From Vicinamibacteria bacterium (lineage in GTDB: Bacteria > Acidobacteriota > Vicinamibacteria > Marinacidobacterales > Marinacidobacteraceae), in assembly GCA_965199715.1 (NCBI GenBank), contig CBDATA010000001.1:96001-160000 (forward strand): a stretch of 64,000 bases of DNA, given 5' to 3'. Positions within the stretch are counted from its first letter, which is position 1. Every line of letters begins with the position of its first letter. The notes beneath the pieces were generated by a model, which saw only the letters and a list, made by a program, of their open reading frames with translations, had not been told where the DNA came from and did no database searches. The translations under genes and the position numbers were made by a program. Below, piece by piece: positions 31,545-41,405 of the stretch.

Positions 31545-32579
31545 TTACCGATACGAGTCCAGAATCTCGTCGAAGGCCACGCGCGACGGGCGGAGGTGAT
31601 CCTCCCCCAGCGACGCCAGCGGCTCCTCGACGAGGTCGAGGACGTCGAGAAGCGTGCTCTTGCTCGGATCCACGTACAGGAGGCCGGTCAGGAACAGGTT
31701 CTTCTCGGTGGCCTCGAGGAGGAGCTCCCGCGCCTCGTGCCGGCTCGTCGGATCGTAGTCCCGGTCCAGCTTCCGCAGCTTCACCCACGAACCGTCGTGG
31801 AGCTGCACTTCCTGGTCCGCGCCCTCCTTGTAGTCCACCTCGATCTGCTCGAGCGCCGGCACGAAGTCCAGCATGTGGATGGGCTCCTCGTTGGACTTGC
31901 CCCAGGTGTAGCTCTTGGTGGAGCTGGCGTGGTTGTTGAACGTGACGCAGGGGCTGAGGATGTCGAGGACCGCGGTGCCGTTGTGCGAGAGCGCCCCGCG
32001 CAGGAGCGCCACGAGCTGCTTCGGGTCGCCGGCGAACGACCGCGCCACGTAGGACGCGCCGAGCTCGACCGCCATGCCGCACAGGTCCACGTTCGGGAAG
32101 GGGTTCACGACGCCCGAGCGCAGCACGGCGTCCTCGTCGGCGGTGGCCGAGAACTGGCCCTTGGTGAGCCCGTACACGCCGTTGTTCTCGACGATGTACA
32201 CGAGCGGCAGGTTGCGCCGGACCAGATGCACGAACTGGCCGATCCCGATCGAGGCGGTGTCGCCGTCACCGGAGACCCCGATCGCGATCAGCCTGCGGTT
32301 GGCGAGCACGGTGCCGGTGGCGACGGAGGGCATCCGCCCGTGCACCGAGTTGAAGCCGTGGCTCTGGTTCAGGAAATACGCGGGCGTCTTCGAGGAGCAC
32401 CCGATCCCCGAGAGCTTGACCACCTGATGCGGCTGGACGTCCGATTCGTAGAACGCCCGGATGAGCTGGCTCGAGATCGCGTCGTGTCCGCAACCCTTGC
32501 AAAGCGTCGAGGGCTTGCCCCGATAGTCGCCGAGCCCGAGTCCGACCCGGTTCGTTCGGGGGCGTTTTGCAGTCGCCAT
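31545..32579 (-). CDS. korB: 2-oxoacid:ferredoxin oxidoreductase beta subunit
   Basis: LCKGCGH, SGIGCSSK, HGR, SGDGD, NNGVYGLTKGQ, SPCVTFN. Confidence 0.92.
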   Translation of the reverse strand: MATAKRPRTNRVGLGLGDYRGKPSTLCKGCGHDAISSQLIRAFYESDVQPHQVVKLSGIGCSSKTPAYFLNQSHGFNSVHGRMPSVATGTVLANRRLIAIGVSGDGDTASIGIGQFVHLVRRNLPLVYIVENNGVYGLTKGQFSATADEDAVLRSGVVNPFPNVDLCGMAVELGASYVARSFAGDPKQLVALLRGALSHNGTAVLDILSPCVTFNNHASSTKSYTWGKSNEEPIHMLDFVPALEQIEVDYKEGADQEVQLHDGSWVKLRKLDRDYDPTSRHEARELLLEATEKNLFLTGLLYVDPSKSTLLDVLDLVEEPLASLGEDHLRPSRVAFDEILDSYR

Positions 32580-32598
32580 GACGTCCTCCGGTCGCGCC

Positions 32599-34446
32599 TC
32601 AGGCGGGCACCGTTCCCTGCACGTGCTCCACGATGGTCTGCGCGTCCAGCGGCAACCCGCTGTAGTGCAGCAGGCTGCGGAGCACGCCCTCCGGAAGCCG
32701 GTCGCCGTACTCGCCGCGCAGCAACTGGAGCAACTGCGCGTCGCGGTTCTGCTCGACCACGAACACGCGCCGCCGCTCGACGATGAAGTCCAGAAGCGAC
32801 GGCGTGAACGGAAGGGCGCGCAGGCGCAGGTAGTCGCACTCGATGCCGTGCCGCTCCCGGAGGATCACCCGGGCTTCCTCGATCGCGGGATCGGAGCTGC
32901 CGAAGCCGATCAGGCCGACGGGCGAAGGCGGATCCACGGCCGAGAGCGCCGGCTGCGGAATCAGGTTCCGGGCGGTCTCGAATTTCCGGGCGAGGCGGGC
33001 CATGTTCCGGACATAGACCTCCTCGCTCTCGGTGTACTCGGCGCTCTCGTCGTGACCGCTGCCCCGGGTGAAGTAGGCGGCGAGCGGATGGTCCTCGCCC
33101 GGAAGCGTCCGATAGGGGATCCCGTCGCCGTCCACGTCCCGATACCGCTGGAAGGAGCCGAGACGTATCAGGTCGTCCCGCCGCAGCACCTTGCCCCGGT
33201 CGAACGGCTTGTCCGGGTAGTCCACGGTGGGAGTGCTCCAGATGTTCATGCCGAGGTCGAGGTCGGAAAGCACGAACACCGGCGTCTGGAGACGCTCGGC
33301 GAGGTCGAACGCCGCGCCGGCGAACTCGAAGCACTCGCTCGTGGAGCCGGGAAGCAGGCACACGTGCCGCGTGTCCCCGTGGGAGAGGAAGTACGTCGCG
33401 AGCAGATCGCCCTGGGCGGTCCGGGTGGGCAAGCCGGTCGAGGGGCCCACGCGCTGGATGTTCCAGATCACCACGGGGATCTCGGCGTAGTAGCCGAGCC
33501 CCACGAACTCGGACATGAGCGAGATGCCGGGGCCCGAGGTCGCGGTGAGCGCGCGGGCGCCGGCCCATCCGGCGGCGAGCGCCATGCCGACCGCGGCCAG
33601 CTCGTCCTCGGCCTGCACGACCGCGTAGGTCGCCTTCCCGTCGTCGGTCTTCCGGTACTTCTTGAGGAGCGATTCCAGGTTCTCCACGACGCTCGACGAC
33701 GGCGTGATGGGGTACCAGGTCGCCACGCTCACGCCGGCGAACATGGAGCCGATCGCGCTGGCCGCGTTGCCGTCGATCAGGATCTTCCCGCGGTTCCGAT
33801 CCATCGGACGCACGACGTACGGATCCCGCTTGACGATGTTCTCCCGCGCGTACTCGTAGCCGACCTCCACCGAGTCCTGGTTCAGGCGCATCGCCGTCCG
33901 CTTGCCCTTGAACTGCTTGGCGATCGCCGCGTTCACCTTCACCCGGTCGATGTCGAGGAGGAAGGCGAGCACGCCGACGTAGGTCATGTTCGCGAGGAGC
34001 TTCCGCAGCCGAACCTCGCGGGAGACCTCGCCGGCCAGCTCCTGGAGCGGCGTCGGGTAGAAGATCAGGTCGTCGCGGAGGTGATCCAGCGGCAACGCGG
34101 TGTCGTGGACGACCGCCTTGCCGGGGCTCAGGTCGAGCACGTCCTGCCTCGCGGTCGCCGGGTTCAGCGCCACCGTGACGTCCACGTCGCGCTTGCGGGC
34201 CACCCAGCCGTCCTTGTTCACCCGAATCGTGAACCACGTGGGGAGCCCGGCGATGTTCGACGGGAACAGGTTCTTCGCGCCCACCGGAATTCCCATCAGG
34301 AACAGGGAGCGAAGCAGGACCAGGTTGGACGACTGGCTTCCGGAGCCGTTGATCGTGCCGACCCGGATCGCGAGGTCGTTGACGATCCGATGGTCGCCGG
34401 CTTCTTCTGCGGACGCCGTCGGGGCGAGGGCCGTTGCGGTGGACAT
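32599..34446 (-). CDS. korA: 2-oxoacid:ferredoxin oxidoreductase alpha subunit (gamma-alpha fusion)
   Basis: NGSGSQS, YPITPSS, QAEDE, TATSGPG, QRVGPSTGLPT. Confidence 0.92.
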   Translation of the reverse strand: MSTATALAPTASAEEAGDHRIVNDLAIRVGTINGSGSQSSNLVLLRSLFLMGIPVGAKNLFPSNIAGLPTWFTIRVNKDGWVARKRDVDVTVALNPATARQDVLDLSPGKAVVHDTALPLDHLRDDLIFYPTPLQELAGEVSREVRLRKLLANMTYVGVLAFLLDIDRVKVNAAIAKQFKGKRTAMRLNQDSVEVGYEYARENIVKRDPYVVRPMDRNRGKILIDGNAASAIGSMFAGVSVATWYPITPSSSVVENLESLLKKYRKTDDGKATYAVVQAEDELAAVGMALAAGWAGARALTATSGPGISLMSEFVGLGYYAEIPVVIWNIQRVGPSTGLPTRTAQGDLLATYFLSHGDTRHVCLLPGSTSECFEFAGAAFDLAERLQTPVFVLSDLDLGMNIWSTPTVDYPDKPFDRGKVLRRDDLIRLGSFQRYRDVDGDGIPYRTLPGEDHPLAAYFTRGSGHDESAEYTESEEVYVRNMARLARKFETARNLIPQPALSAVDPPSPVGLIGFGSSDPAIEEARVILRERHGIECDYLRLRALPFTPSLLDFIVERRRVFVVEQNRDAQLLQLLRGEYGDRLPEGVLRSLLHYSGLPLDAQTIVEHVQGTVPA

Positions 34447-34516
34447 CGGGCGGCTCTGGGGGAAAGAACTGAGGACGTGGACGAACGACCGGACTCCCGC
34501 GGTCTCGACGAATCGG

Positions 34517-34546
34517 AGTCTATCCCAACGATGCTTGGCCTAGACT
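34517..34546. promoter_or_regulatory. Divergent TAGACT -10 pair for korA and ku
   Basis: AGTCTA (34517-34522), 18 bp, TAGACT (34541-34546). Confidence 0.5.
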
Positions 34547-34578
34547 GCGGGAAGCGCGGCGGCTGCGCCGGATTCTCC

Positions 34579-35394
34579 ATGCGACCCACCTGGCAAGGCA
34601 ACCTCAAGCTGGCGCTGGTGCTCGTGCCGGTCAAGGCGTACCCGGCCGCCCGCGAGAAGCGGGTCTCGATGAACCAGCTCCACGAGGAGTGCAAGTCGCG
34701 GATCCGCACCCAGCGCCATTGCCCGAACTGCGACCGGCGGGTCGAGCGGGACGAGATCGTGAGCGGCTACGAGTACGCGAAGGACCAGTACGTGCTCATG
34801 AGCGGCGAGGATCTGAACGCCCTGCGCCTCCCGTCGCAGCGGACGCTCGACGTCGTCCAGTTCGTCGAGAGCGGCGAGATCAACCCGCTGCTGTACCACG
34901 GCTCGTACTACCTCGCGCCGGCGAACCCGGTCGCGGGCGGCCCGTTCCACACGATCCTCGACGCGATGCGGACCACCGGAAGGGTCGCGATTGCCCAGGT
35001 CGTGCTCGGCGGCAAGGAGCGCGTGGTCGCCATCCGCCCCGACGACGGCGTCTTCCTCATGTCCTACCTCCACTACGCCGACGAGGTGCGCCCGGTGAGC
35101 GACATCGAGGATCTGGCCCCCAGGACGGAACCCGGGGCCGCCGAGAAGCTGATGGCGCAACAGCTTCTCGAGTCCTACGCCCAGAAGTTCGACGCGGCCG
35201 CGTTCGAGGACAAGCACCGCGTCCGCTTCCTCGAGATCGTGGACGCGAAGATGCGCGGAAAGGAAGTGGTCACCCCGCCGAGCGTCGAACCCCGTCGGGT
35301 CGTGAACCTCATGGACGCGCTGAAGGCGAGCCTCGCCCGAATCGAACACGAGGCCGAGGCGGACAGCGACCCCGGCCTGACCCGCACCGGCTGA
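34579..35394 (+). CDS. ku: Ku protein (NHEJ DNA end-binding)
   Basis: MRPTWQGNLKLALV.VPVK.Y.A, QLH..C...CPNC, GYEY, YYLAP, VVNLMDALKASL. Confidence 0.93.
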   Translation: MRPTWQGNLKLALVLVPVKAYPAAREKRVSMNQLHEECKSRIRTQRHCPNCDRRVERDEIVSGYEYAKDQYVLMSGEDLNALRLPSQRTLDVVQFVESGEINPLLYHGSYYLAPANPVAGGPFHTILDAMRTTGRVAIAQVVLGGKERVVAIRPDDGVFLMSYLHYADEVRPVSDIEDLAPRTEPGAAEKLMAQQLLESYAQKFDAAAFEDKHRVRFLEIVDAKMRGKEVVTPPSVEPRRVVNLMDALKASLARIEHEAEADSDPGLTRTG

Positions 35395-35396
35395 CG

Positions 35397-36347
35397 ATGG
35401 GCGCCGGCCTTCCGGCCCGGTGGCTTTCGGACGGCGTCGCTCCCATGCTCGCCGGCTCGGGAACCCCCTTCGACTCGGACGCGCACGCCTTCGACGCCAA
35501 GTGGGACGGGCTGCGGTCGATCGCGTTCTTCGGCCCCGAGATCCGGCTTCAGGCCCGCAGCCTCAGAAACCAGACCCCGCAGTTCCCCGAACTCGCCGAC
35601 GCGCTGCGGAGCGTCCCCGGCGCAGGCGCGCTCGACGGGGAGATCGTCGTGCTGGACGGCGAGCGGCCCAGCTTCCCGCTCGTCATGGAGCGCAACCGCC
35701 TGCGCTCCGGCGACGCGATCCGGCGCGGCGCGCGGCGGGCGCCGGCGTGGTTCGCCGCGTTCGACCTGCTCTGGCTCGACGGCGAGCGGCTGACCGGCCG
35801 CTCCTTCGACGAGCGCCGCGCCCGGCTGGAGTCGCTCCTCGGCGCCGGGGACCGGATCTTCGCGAACCCGATCCTCCGAGGCGCGGGCGTTCGCTTCTTC
35901 GAGGCGATGCGCGAGCGCGGCATGGAGGGGATGGTCGCCAAGCGCCGGTCCAGCCCGTACCGCATCGGCGAGCGCAGCGACGACTGGCTGAAGATCAAGG
36001 TGCGCCCCCGGCGCTCGTGCGCCGTGTTCGGACTCCTGCTCCGCGGCGAGAACGGCCCGGTGCGCTCGCTGGTGGTCGGAGCGTGGGGGCCCGACGGGCC
36101 GGTCTGGCTCGGAAACGTGGGGAGCGGGCTCGACGACGCGACGCGCCGGGCGCTCGCCGAGCGGTCGCGGGCGCTCGAGGCCCCGGCTCCGCCCGGCTTC
36201 GAGGCGACCGGCGACGGCGTCATCCGCTGGCTGCGCCCGGTTCTGGTCGCGGTCGTGGAGTATCTCGAAGTCACGCCGAACGGCCATCTGCGGCACCCGT
36301 CGCTCATCGGTTTCGAGGACCGGGCCCCCCGCTCCTGCCGCGTCTGA
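35397..36347 (+). CDS. ATP-dependent DNA ligase (ligase-only LigD/LigC type)
   Basis: KWDG motif I, LDGEIV, AFDLL, EGMVAK, WLKIK, VGSG, LRHP. Confidence 0.9.
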   Translation: MGAGLPARWLSDGVAPMLAGSGTPFDSDAHAFDAKWDGLRSIAFFGPEIRLQARSLRNQTPQFPELADALRSVPGAGALDGEIVVLDGERPSFPLVMERNRLRSGDAIRRGARRAPAWFAAFDLLWLDGERLTGRSFDERRARLESLLGAGDRIFANPILRGAGVRFFEAMRERGMEGMVAKRRSSPYRIGERSDDWLKIKVRPRRSCAVFGLLLRGENGPVRSLVVGAWGPDGPVWLGNVGSGLDDATRRALAERSRALEAPAPPGFEATGDGVIRWLRPVLVAVVEYLEVTPNGHLRHPSLIGFEDRAPRSCRV

Positions 36348-36366
36348 GCGGGCCTATACTGGCCGC

Positions 36367-36834
36367 ATGCGCATCCGGATCCCGCTGTTCGCCGCCGTCC
36401 TCCTCCTCGTCGCGGCCGCCGGATCCGCGCAGCCGTTCTTCCAGGTCGGCTCGGCCAGCGCCAGCGGCGCGGCCGGTTCGGACTGGATCGCCGGAGGCGG
36501 ATGGGAGGCGCACGCCCCGGTGATTCCGGTCTCGGCCGGCGTTCTCGTCCAGACGACGATCGGCTCGGAGGAGACGAGCGACGTCTGGCCCGCCCGCGCT
36601 TACGGGTTCGTCCGCGCCGGCTTCCTCCCCACGCCGCTGGTGCGCGCCTACGCCGGAGTGGGCGCGGGATACGCCTTGGTGGTCTCGGGGCGCGATCTGC
36701 GGGAGTCGTCTCCCGCGGGACTCGCGCTCGCCGGATTCTCCGTGGGCCGCGTCAGCCTCGAGGTCCAGTACCAGCGGGACTTTCTGGAGGAGCCGGTGAA
36801 CCGCTGGGTCACGACGGTCGGAGTGTCGTTCTGA
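36367..36834 (+). CDS. Small secreted protein, probable outer-membrane beta-barrel
   Basis: Signal peptide, alternating beta-strands (YAGVGAGY), terminal VGVSF; TATACT 6 nt before the ATG. Confidence 0.6.
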   Translation: MRIRIPLFAAVLLLVAAAGSAQPFFQVGSASASGAAGSDWIAGGGWEAHAPVIPVSAGVLVQTTIGSEETSDVWPARAYGFVRAGFLPTPLVRAYAGVGAGYALVVSGRDLRESSPAGLALAGFSVGRVSLEVQYQRDFLEEPVNRWVTTVGVSF

Positions 36835-37838
36835 TTCCCGAGTCCTGCTGGTCCGCCCCGACCCGGGTGGACCTGGCCGGCGGGACGCTCGACATCTGGC
36901 CGGTCCATCTGCTGCTGCCGCGCGCGCTCACGGTCAACGTGGCGATCGACCTGCGGGCGCGGGTCCGGGTGCGGCCGGCCCCCGCGTGGCGGGTCGTGAG
37001 CGACGGCCGGGTGGATGTCCAGAGCGACGCGCTCGAGTCGCTGTTCGACCACCCGCTCGCGGTCCTCGCGGCCCGGCTGCTCGAGCGTTTCGACCCCGGG
37101 GAGCCCTGCGAGGTGCGTTTCACGACGGCGGCCCCAGCGGGATCCGGCCTCGGCGGCTCGTCCGCGCTCGGGATCGCGATCGCGGGCGCGCTCGACGAGA
37201 TCACCGGCGGCGAGCGGCCGATCGCCGATCTCGTGAAGATCGTCGTGGACGCCGAGGTCCGCATCCTGCGGACCGCGACCGGCGCCCAGGACCAGTTCGC
37301 CGCCGCGCTCGGGGGCGCCCACGCGCTGCACTGGGAGAGTCCGTGGACGCGCCCCGAGCCCATGCCGTGGGGCGAGGACGGCGGGGATCCGATGGCCGAG
37401 CGGTTCGTCCTGGTGTTCACGGGCGAGGCGCACTCGTCGGGGGACTCGAACGCGCGGGTGTTCCGGCGGATCCTCGCCCGGAAGAAGGGCGCGATCGCGG
37501 GGATCCACAAGATCGCGGCGGCGGCGCTGCGGATGCGCGAGGCCCTCGTCGCGCGGAACTGGGACGAGGCGGCGGCGGCGCTCGACGAGGAGTGGGCCGG
37601 GCGGAAGGCGCTCGCCAAGCGCGTCACGAACCGCACGCTCGACGCGCTGGAGGCGGTGCTCCGGGACGCCGGCGCGCGGGCGGTCAAGGCGTGCGGCGCC
37701 GGCGCCGGGGGCACGATGGTCGCCCTCGTGGATCCCGAGCGGCGGGCGGCGGTCGCCGAGGCCGCCCGGGCGCGCGGCGGGCAGGTGCTGGACGTCCGCA
37801 GCGCGCCCGAGGGCCTGCGCCGGGAGCCGGGCCGGTGA
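36831..37838 (+). CDS. GHMP-family sugar kinase (HddA-like)
   Basis: APTRVDLAGG..D, PAGSGLGGSS, GAQDQ, KACGAGAGG; start uncertain (CTG). Confidence 0.85.
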   Translation: MIPESCWSAPTRVDLAGGTLDIWPVHLLLPRALTVNVAIDLRARVRVRPAPAWRVVSDGRVDVQSDALESLFDHPLAVLAARLLERFDPGEPCEVRFTTAAPAGSGLGGSSALGIAIAGALDEITGGERPIADLVKIVVDAEVRILRTATGAQDQFAAALGGAHALHWESPWTRPEPMPWGEDGGDPMAERFVLVFTGEAHSSGDSNARVFRRILARKKGAIAGIHKIAAAALRMREALVARNWDEAAAALDEEWAGRKALAKRVTNRTLDALEAVLRDAGARAVKACGAGAGGTMVALVDPERRAAVAEAARARGGQVLDVRSAPEGLRREPGR

Positions 37839-38146
37839 CCGGCGAACGCCGCGCCTGCGGACTCGACGAACTGAAGGAGGCCGGAGCGCTGGCGGTGGAT
37901 GTCGGCGGATCGCGGGTCGCGCTCTTCCACGTGGACGGAGCGGTCCGCGCGATCGGCGAGACCTGCCCCCACCGGGGCGGACCGCTGCACCTCGGCGCGG
38001 TCGAGGAGGGAATTGTCCGCTGCCCGTGGCACCTGTGGCAGTTCGAGTTGACCACCGGCGAGTCGCCGGTGAACCCGGCTTCCCGCGTCCCGGTCTTCTC
38101 CGTCTCGGTGCGGGACGGAGCGGTGTTCGTGCAGGTTCCGGACTGA
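37835..38146 (+). CDS. Rieske [2Fe-2S] ferredoxin (NirD-like)
   Basis: CPH...CPWH; GTGA overlap with the upstream gene. Confidence 0.9.
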   Translation: MTGERRACGLDELKEAGALAVDVGGSRVALFHVDGAVRAIGETCPHRGGPLHLGAVEEGIVRCPWHLWQFELTTGESPVNPASRVPVFSVSVRDGAVFVQVPD

Positions 38147-38153
38147 GCGCCGG

Positions 38154-38990
38154 TCAGCCAGCGGCCCGGCGCAAGTCCTCGTAGAGGTTCCAGGGAAGGT
38201 CCGAACCCATCTTCCCGCGCTTCTTCGGCGTGTGGAAGTCGGAGCCGCCGCTCACGCAGAGCCCCAGCGCGTCCGCGATGTCGAGGTAGCGGCGGCGCTC
38301 CTCGGGCGAATGGTCGGTGTGGAACACCTCGATCGCCCGGACGTCGGCCTCCTCGATCATCGGAATCACGGTGTCCTGCTCGAGGTACTTGGGATGGGCG
38401 AGCGAGCTGACCCCCCCGGCGGCGTGGATCGAGCGGGCCGCGTCGGCGACGGTGATCTTCTTGCCGTAGCTCACGTGCCCCGGCTTGCCGTGGCCGAGGT
38501 ACAACCGGAACGCATCGTCCCGGTGGCCGACCACGCCCTTCTCCACGAGCACGTCGGCGATGTGCGGACGGCCGAGGGAGGCCCCGCCGGAGCGCGCCGA
38601 CACTTCCTCGAAGGTGAGATCGAGTCCCAGCTCGCGGAGCCGGTCGCAGCTCTCCCGGATGCGCAGCCGGCGCTCGGCCGACATGTTGCTGAACATTTCG
38701 GTGAGCGGACCGTCGTCGGGATCGACGAACAGGCCCAGCAGGTGCACCGACTGGCCCTGCCCGCGACACGAGATCTCGACGCCGGGGACGAGATCCAGCC
38801 CGTGTTCGGCGGCGGCCTCGCGAGCTTCGGGAATGCCGGTCAGGGTGTCGTGGTCGGTGAGCGCGAGGATGTCCACGCCCGTCCGGGCGGCGCGGGCCAC
38901 GAGTTCGGCCGGACTGAGGACACCGTCGGACTCGGTCGAATGGGAGTGAAGGTCAACGACCGGGGAGGCGCCTTCGGAATGGTCGGTCAT
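38154..38990 (-). CDS. PHP-domain phosphoesterase (TrpH/YciV-like)
   Basis: DLHSHS..SDG, LTDHD, GVEIS, HLLG, GRPH, LAHP, GGSDFH. Confidence 0.92.
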   Translation of the reverse strand: MTDHSEGASPVVDLHSHSTESDGVLSPAELVARAARTGVDILALTDHDTLTGIPEAREAAAEHGLDLVPGVEISCRGQGQSVHLLGLFVDPDDGPLTEMFSNMSAERRLRIRESCDRLRELGLDLTFEEVSARSGGASLGRPHIADVLVEKGVVGHRDDAFRLYLGHGKPGHVSYGKKITVADAARSIHAAGGVSSLAHPKYLEQDTVIPMIEEADVRAIEVFHTDHSPEERRRYLDIADALGLCVSGGSDFHTPKKRGKMGSDLPWNLYEDLRRAAG

Positions 38991-39085
38991 GCGTGCTCTC
39001 AGCTATCAATGGGGACGCTCGAGCGTCCGGATCGGCTAGTCTTCAACTTGCGAACCGCCAGCATTCTGCCACGGGAGACGTCACC

Positions 39086-39409
39086 ATGCTGCACCTCACC
39101 GACCTCGCCGTGACCAAGGTGTCCGAGTTTCTGGTCAAGCACGAGCGCCCCGATGCGCTGCTCCGGGTCCGGGTCGTGGGCGGCGGCTGCTCGGGCTTCC
39201 AGTACCAGTTGGCGCTGGACGAGGAATCGCGCGACGGGGACCAGATCTTCGAGCAGAACGGGGTGAAGATGCTGGTGGACGAGAAGAGCCTGCCCTTCCT
39301 GAATGGAACCGAGATCGACTACGTGGAGGACATCATGGGCGCCGGGTTCCGCTTCAACAACCCCAACGCGGTCTCGAACTGCGGCTGCGGAGAGTCCTTC
39401 CAGGTCTAG
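39086..39409 (+). CDS. A-type Fe-S carrier (HesB/IscA/ErpA)
   Basis: GGGCSGFQY, IDY, NPNA..CGCGESF. Confidence 0.93.
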   Translation: MLHLTDLAVTKVSEFLVKHERPDALLRVRVVGGGCSGFQYQLALDEESRDGDQIFEQNGVKMLVDEKSLPFLNGTEIDYVEDIMGAGFRFNNPNAVSNCGCGESFQV

Positions 39410-39427
39410 AGCCGCCCGGCGCCGGTC

Positions 39428-40174
39428 TTGATCAGCACCGTCGCCGCCCTTCTGCTCGCCCGCCTCGGGGCCGGAGCGCTGCTCGCCGCGGGCCTCATGC
39501 ACCGCTTCCACGCGGTTCCGGAGGCCTTCCTGCGGTTCACGCTGAAGGGCGCTGCGGGACTGCTGGCGCTTTCGGCGCTGGTCGGCTGGGGACGGCCGGA
39601 CGCGCTCGTCCAGGCGGCGCTCGCGATCGCCGCGCTGCTGCTCCTCCGCGCCGCCACGTCCCCTCGGCTCGGCCCGCTCATGGCCGCGCTCGGCGCCGCC
39701 GGGGCGTTGCTCGCGTCGGCGCTCGGCGGCTCGGGAGCGATCGCCGCCGCCGGCGCCATGAGCGGAGTCTTCCTGCTGGGGGCCGTATCGGCGACCATGC
39801 TTCTCGGGCACTGGTACCTCGTGGACACGTCGCTCTCGATCCGTCCGCTCGCGATCGGCGGACGGCTCGTGGAGCTCGCGGCGTGGGCGAGGGTCGGCGT
39901 CGCCGCGCTCGCGCTCCTGACGGGCGGGTACGCGGCGCTGCGGATCGCGTCGCCCGAGGATCTCATCTACTCCACGAGCGCGCTCTTCTTCTCATTCCGG
40001 GCGGTCACCGGCCTCGCCGCCCCGATCGCGCTCGCCTTCCTCATCCGCCGCACGATCCGGATCCGGTCCACCCAGTCGGCGACCGGCCTCCTCTACGTCG
40101 CCCTGATTCTCGTGCTCTTCGGCGAACTCACCGCGGTCTTTCTCGAGACCGTGACTGGAGGAGCGCTTGTCTGA
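39428..40174 (+). CDS. Polytopic membrane protein of unknown function
   Basis: Multiple hydrophobic segments; MLLGHWYL and STQSATGLLY motifs. Confidence 0.65.
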   Translation: MISTVAALLLARLGAGALLAAGLMHRFHAVPEAFLRFTLKGAAGLLALSALVGWGRPDALVQAALAIAALLLLRAATSPRLGPLMAALGAAGALLASALGGSGAIAAAGAMSGVFLLGAVSATMLLGHWYLVDTSLSIRPLAIGGRLVELAAWARVGVAALALLTGGYAALRIASPEDLIYSTSALFFSFRAVTGLAAPIALAFLIRRTIRIRSTQSATGLLYVALILVLFGELTAVFLETVTGGALV

Positions 40175-41405
40175 CCGCCGCCAGTTCCTGACCGGCCTCG
40201 CCGCCCTTCCCGTGGCGCGATTCGCCGCGGCCGCCGCGCAGGATCTCCCCGGGTGGGTCGAGGAGGCGCGGCGGAGCATCCCGGCGGCCGTCGCGAGCCG
40301 CTACTTCCAGACCGGCGGGATCGGTCCGTCGCCGGACGCCGTCATGGACGAGGTCGTCGAGCGGCTCCGCTTCCAGAACCGGAGCCCCGCGGCCGCGGAC
40401 GTCTCGGAACGCATGGCGCGCATCGAGCCCGACCTGCGGGCGCAGTTGGGGCGGGTATTCGGCGCCCGGACCTCGGAAGTCGCGCTCACCCACAGCACCT
40501 CCGAGGGCATTTCCATCGTCGCGTGGGGCCTCGACTGGCGCGACGGCGACGAGGTCGTCATCTCCAACACCGAGCACCCGGCGAACGTGATCCCGTGGTA
40601 CGTGCTGCGCGACCGCGCCGGCGTCGTCATCCGCGAGATCGACCTGACCCCGGGAACCGACCTTCTGACGGAGGTCCGCGCGCAGCTCACGCCGCGCACC
40701 CGCCTCGTGAGCGTCAGTCACGTCTCCCGGAACAACGGCCGCGCGATCCCGGCGGCGGCCTCGGCGGAGCTCGCCGCGCTGCTGCGGCGGCGCGGCGCGC
40801 TCTACCACCTCGACGGCGCGCAGGGGCCGGGCCTCGTCCGCACGCACTTCGGCGACCTGGGCTGCGACGCCTACTCGACGTGCGGGCACAAGTGGCTCCT
40901 CGGCCCCAAGGGCACCGGGGCGCTTTTCGTGCGCGAGGACGCGCTCGACCGGGTGAAGCTGAGCTGGGCCGGCGCGCACAGCCACGCGGAGATGGACTAC
41001 AAGGGCGGGTACGCGCTCCTTCCGAGCGCGGCCCGCTACGAGTTCGGGACGCGGGCGCTGGCCGATTTCGCCGGCTTCGCCCGGGCGGTCCAGTGGATGG
41101 AGGACGTCGGATTCGACCGGATCCACGCCCGCATCGACGCGCTCGTCGAGTACGCCGTGGAGGAGGCGCGCCGCATCCCGGAACTCGGGCTCGCCTCGCC
41201 CGAGACCCCGGCGGACCGCAGCGGCATCCTCGTCGTCCGCCTCCCCGAGGGCCGCGATCCGATGGATCTCTACCGGAAGCTCAGGACCGAGGACGACATC
41301 CTCGCCTCGCCGGTGCGCGGGGAGCGCGACTTCCGGCTCTCGATCCACTTCTTCAACACCCGCGAGGAGATTCGGGCGGCCCTCGACGCGATCCGCCGGG
41401 CGTGA
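40167..41405 (+). CDS. Tat-exported class V PLP-dependent enzyme
   Basis: SDRRQFL twin-arginine signal; STSEG, EHPAN, DGAQ, GHKWLLGPKG, RLSIHFFN. Confidence 0.88.
   Translation: MSDRRQFLTGLAALPVARFAAAAAQDLPGWVEEARRSIPAAVASRYFQTGGIGPSPDAVMDEVVERLRFQNRSPAAADVSERMARIEPDLRAQLGRVFGARTSEVALTHSTSEGISIVAWGLDWRDGDEVVISNTEHPANVIPWYVLRDRAGVVIREIDLTPGTDLLTEVRAQLTPRTRLVSVSHVSRNNGRAIPAAASAELAALLRRRGALYHLDGAQGPGLVRTHFGDLGCDAYSTCGHKWLLGPKGTGALFVREDALDRVKLSWAGAHSHAEMDYKGGYALLPSAARYEFGTRALADFAGFARAVQWMEDVGFDRIHARIDALVEYAVEEARRIPELGLASPETPADRSGILVVRLPEGRDPMDLYRKLRTEDDILASPVRGERDFRLSIHFFNTREEIRAALDAIRRA

Noticed and set aside
34579-36347. Ku/ligase as a prophage or mobile-element marker
   Set aside because: No integrase, transposase, att repeats or compositional shift nearby
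40167-41405. Calling the PLP enzyme IscS/SufS because it follows an A-type carrier
   Set aside because: No catalytic Cys loop, and it carries a Tat signal
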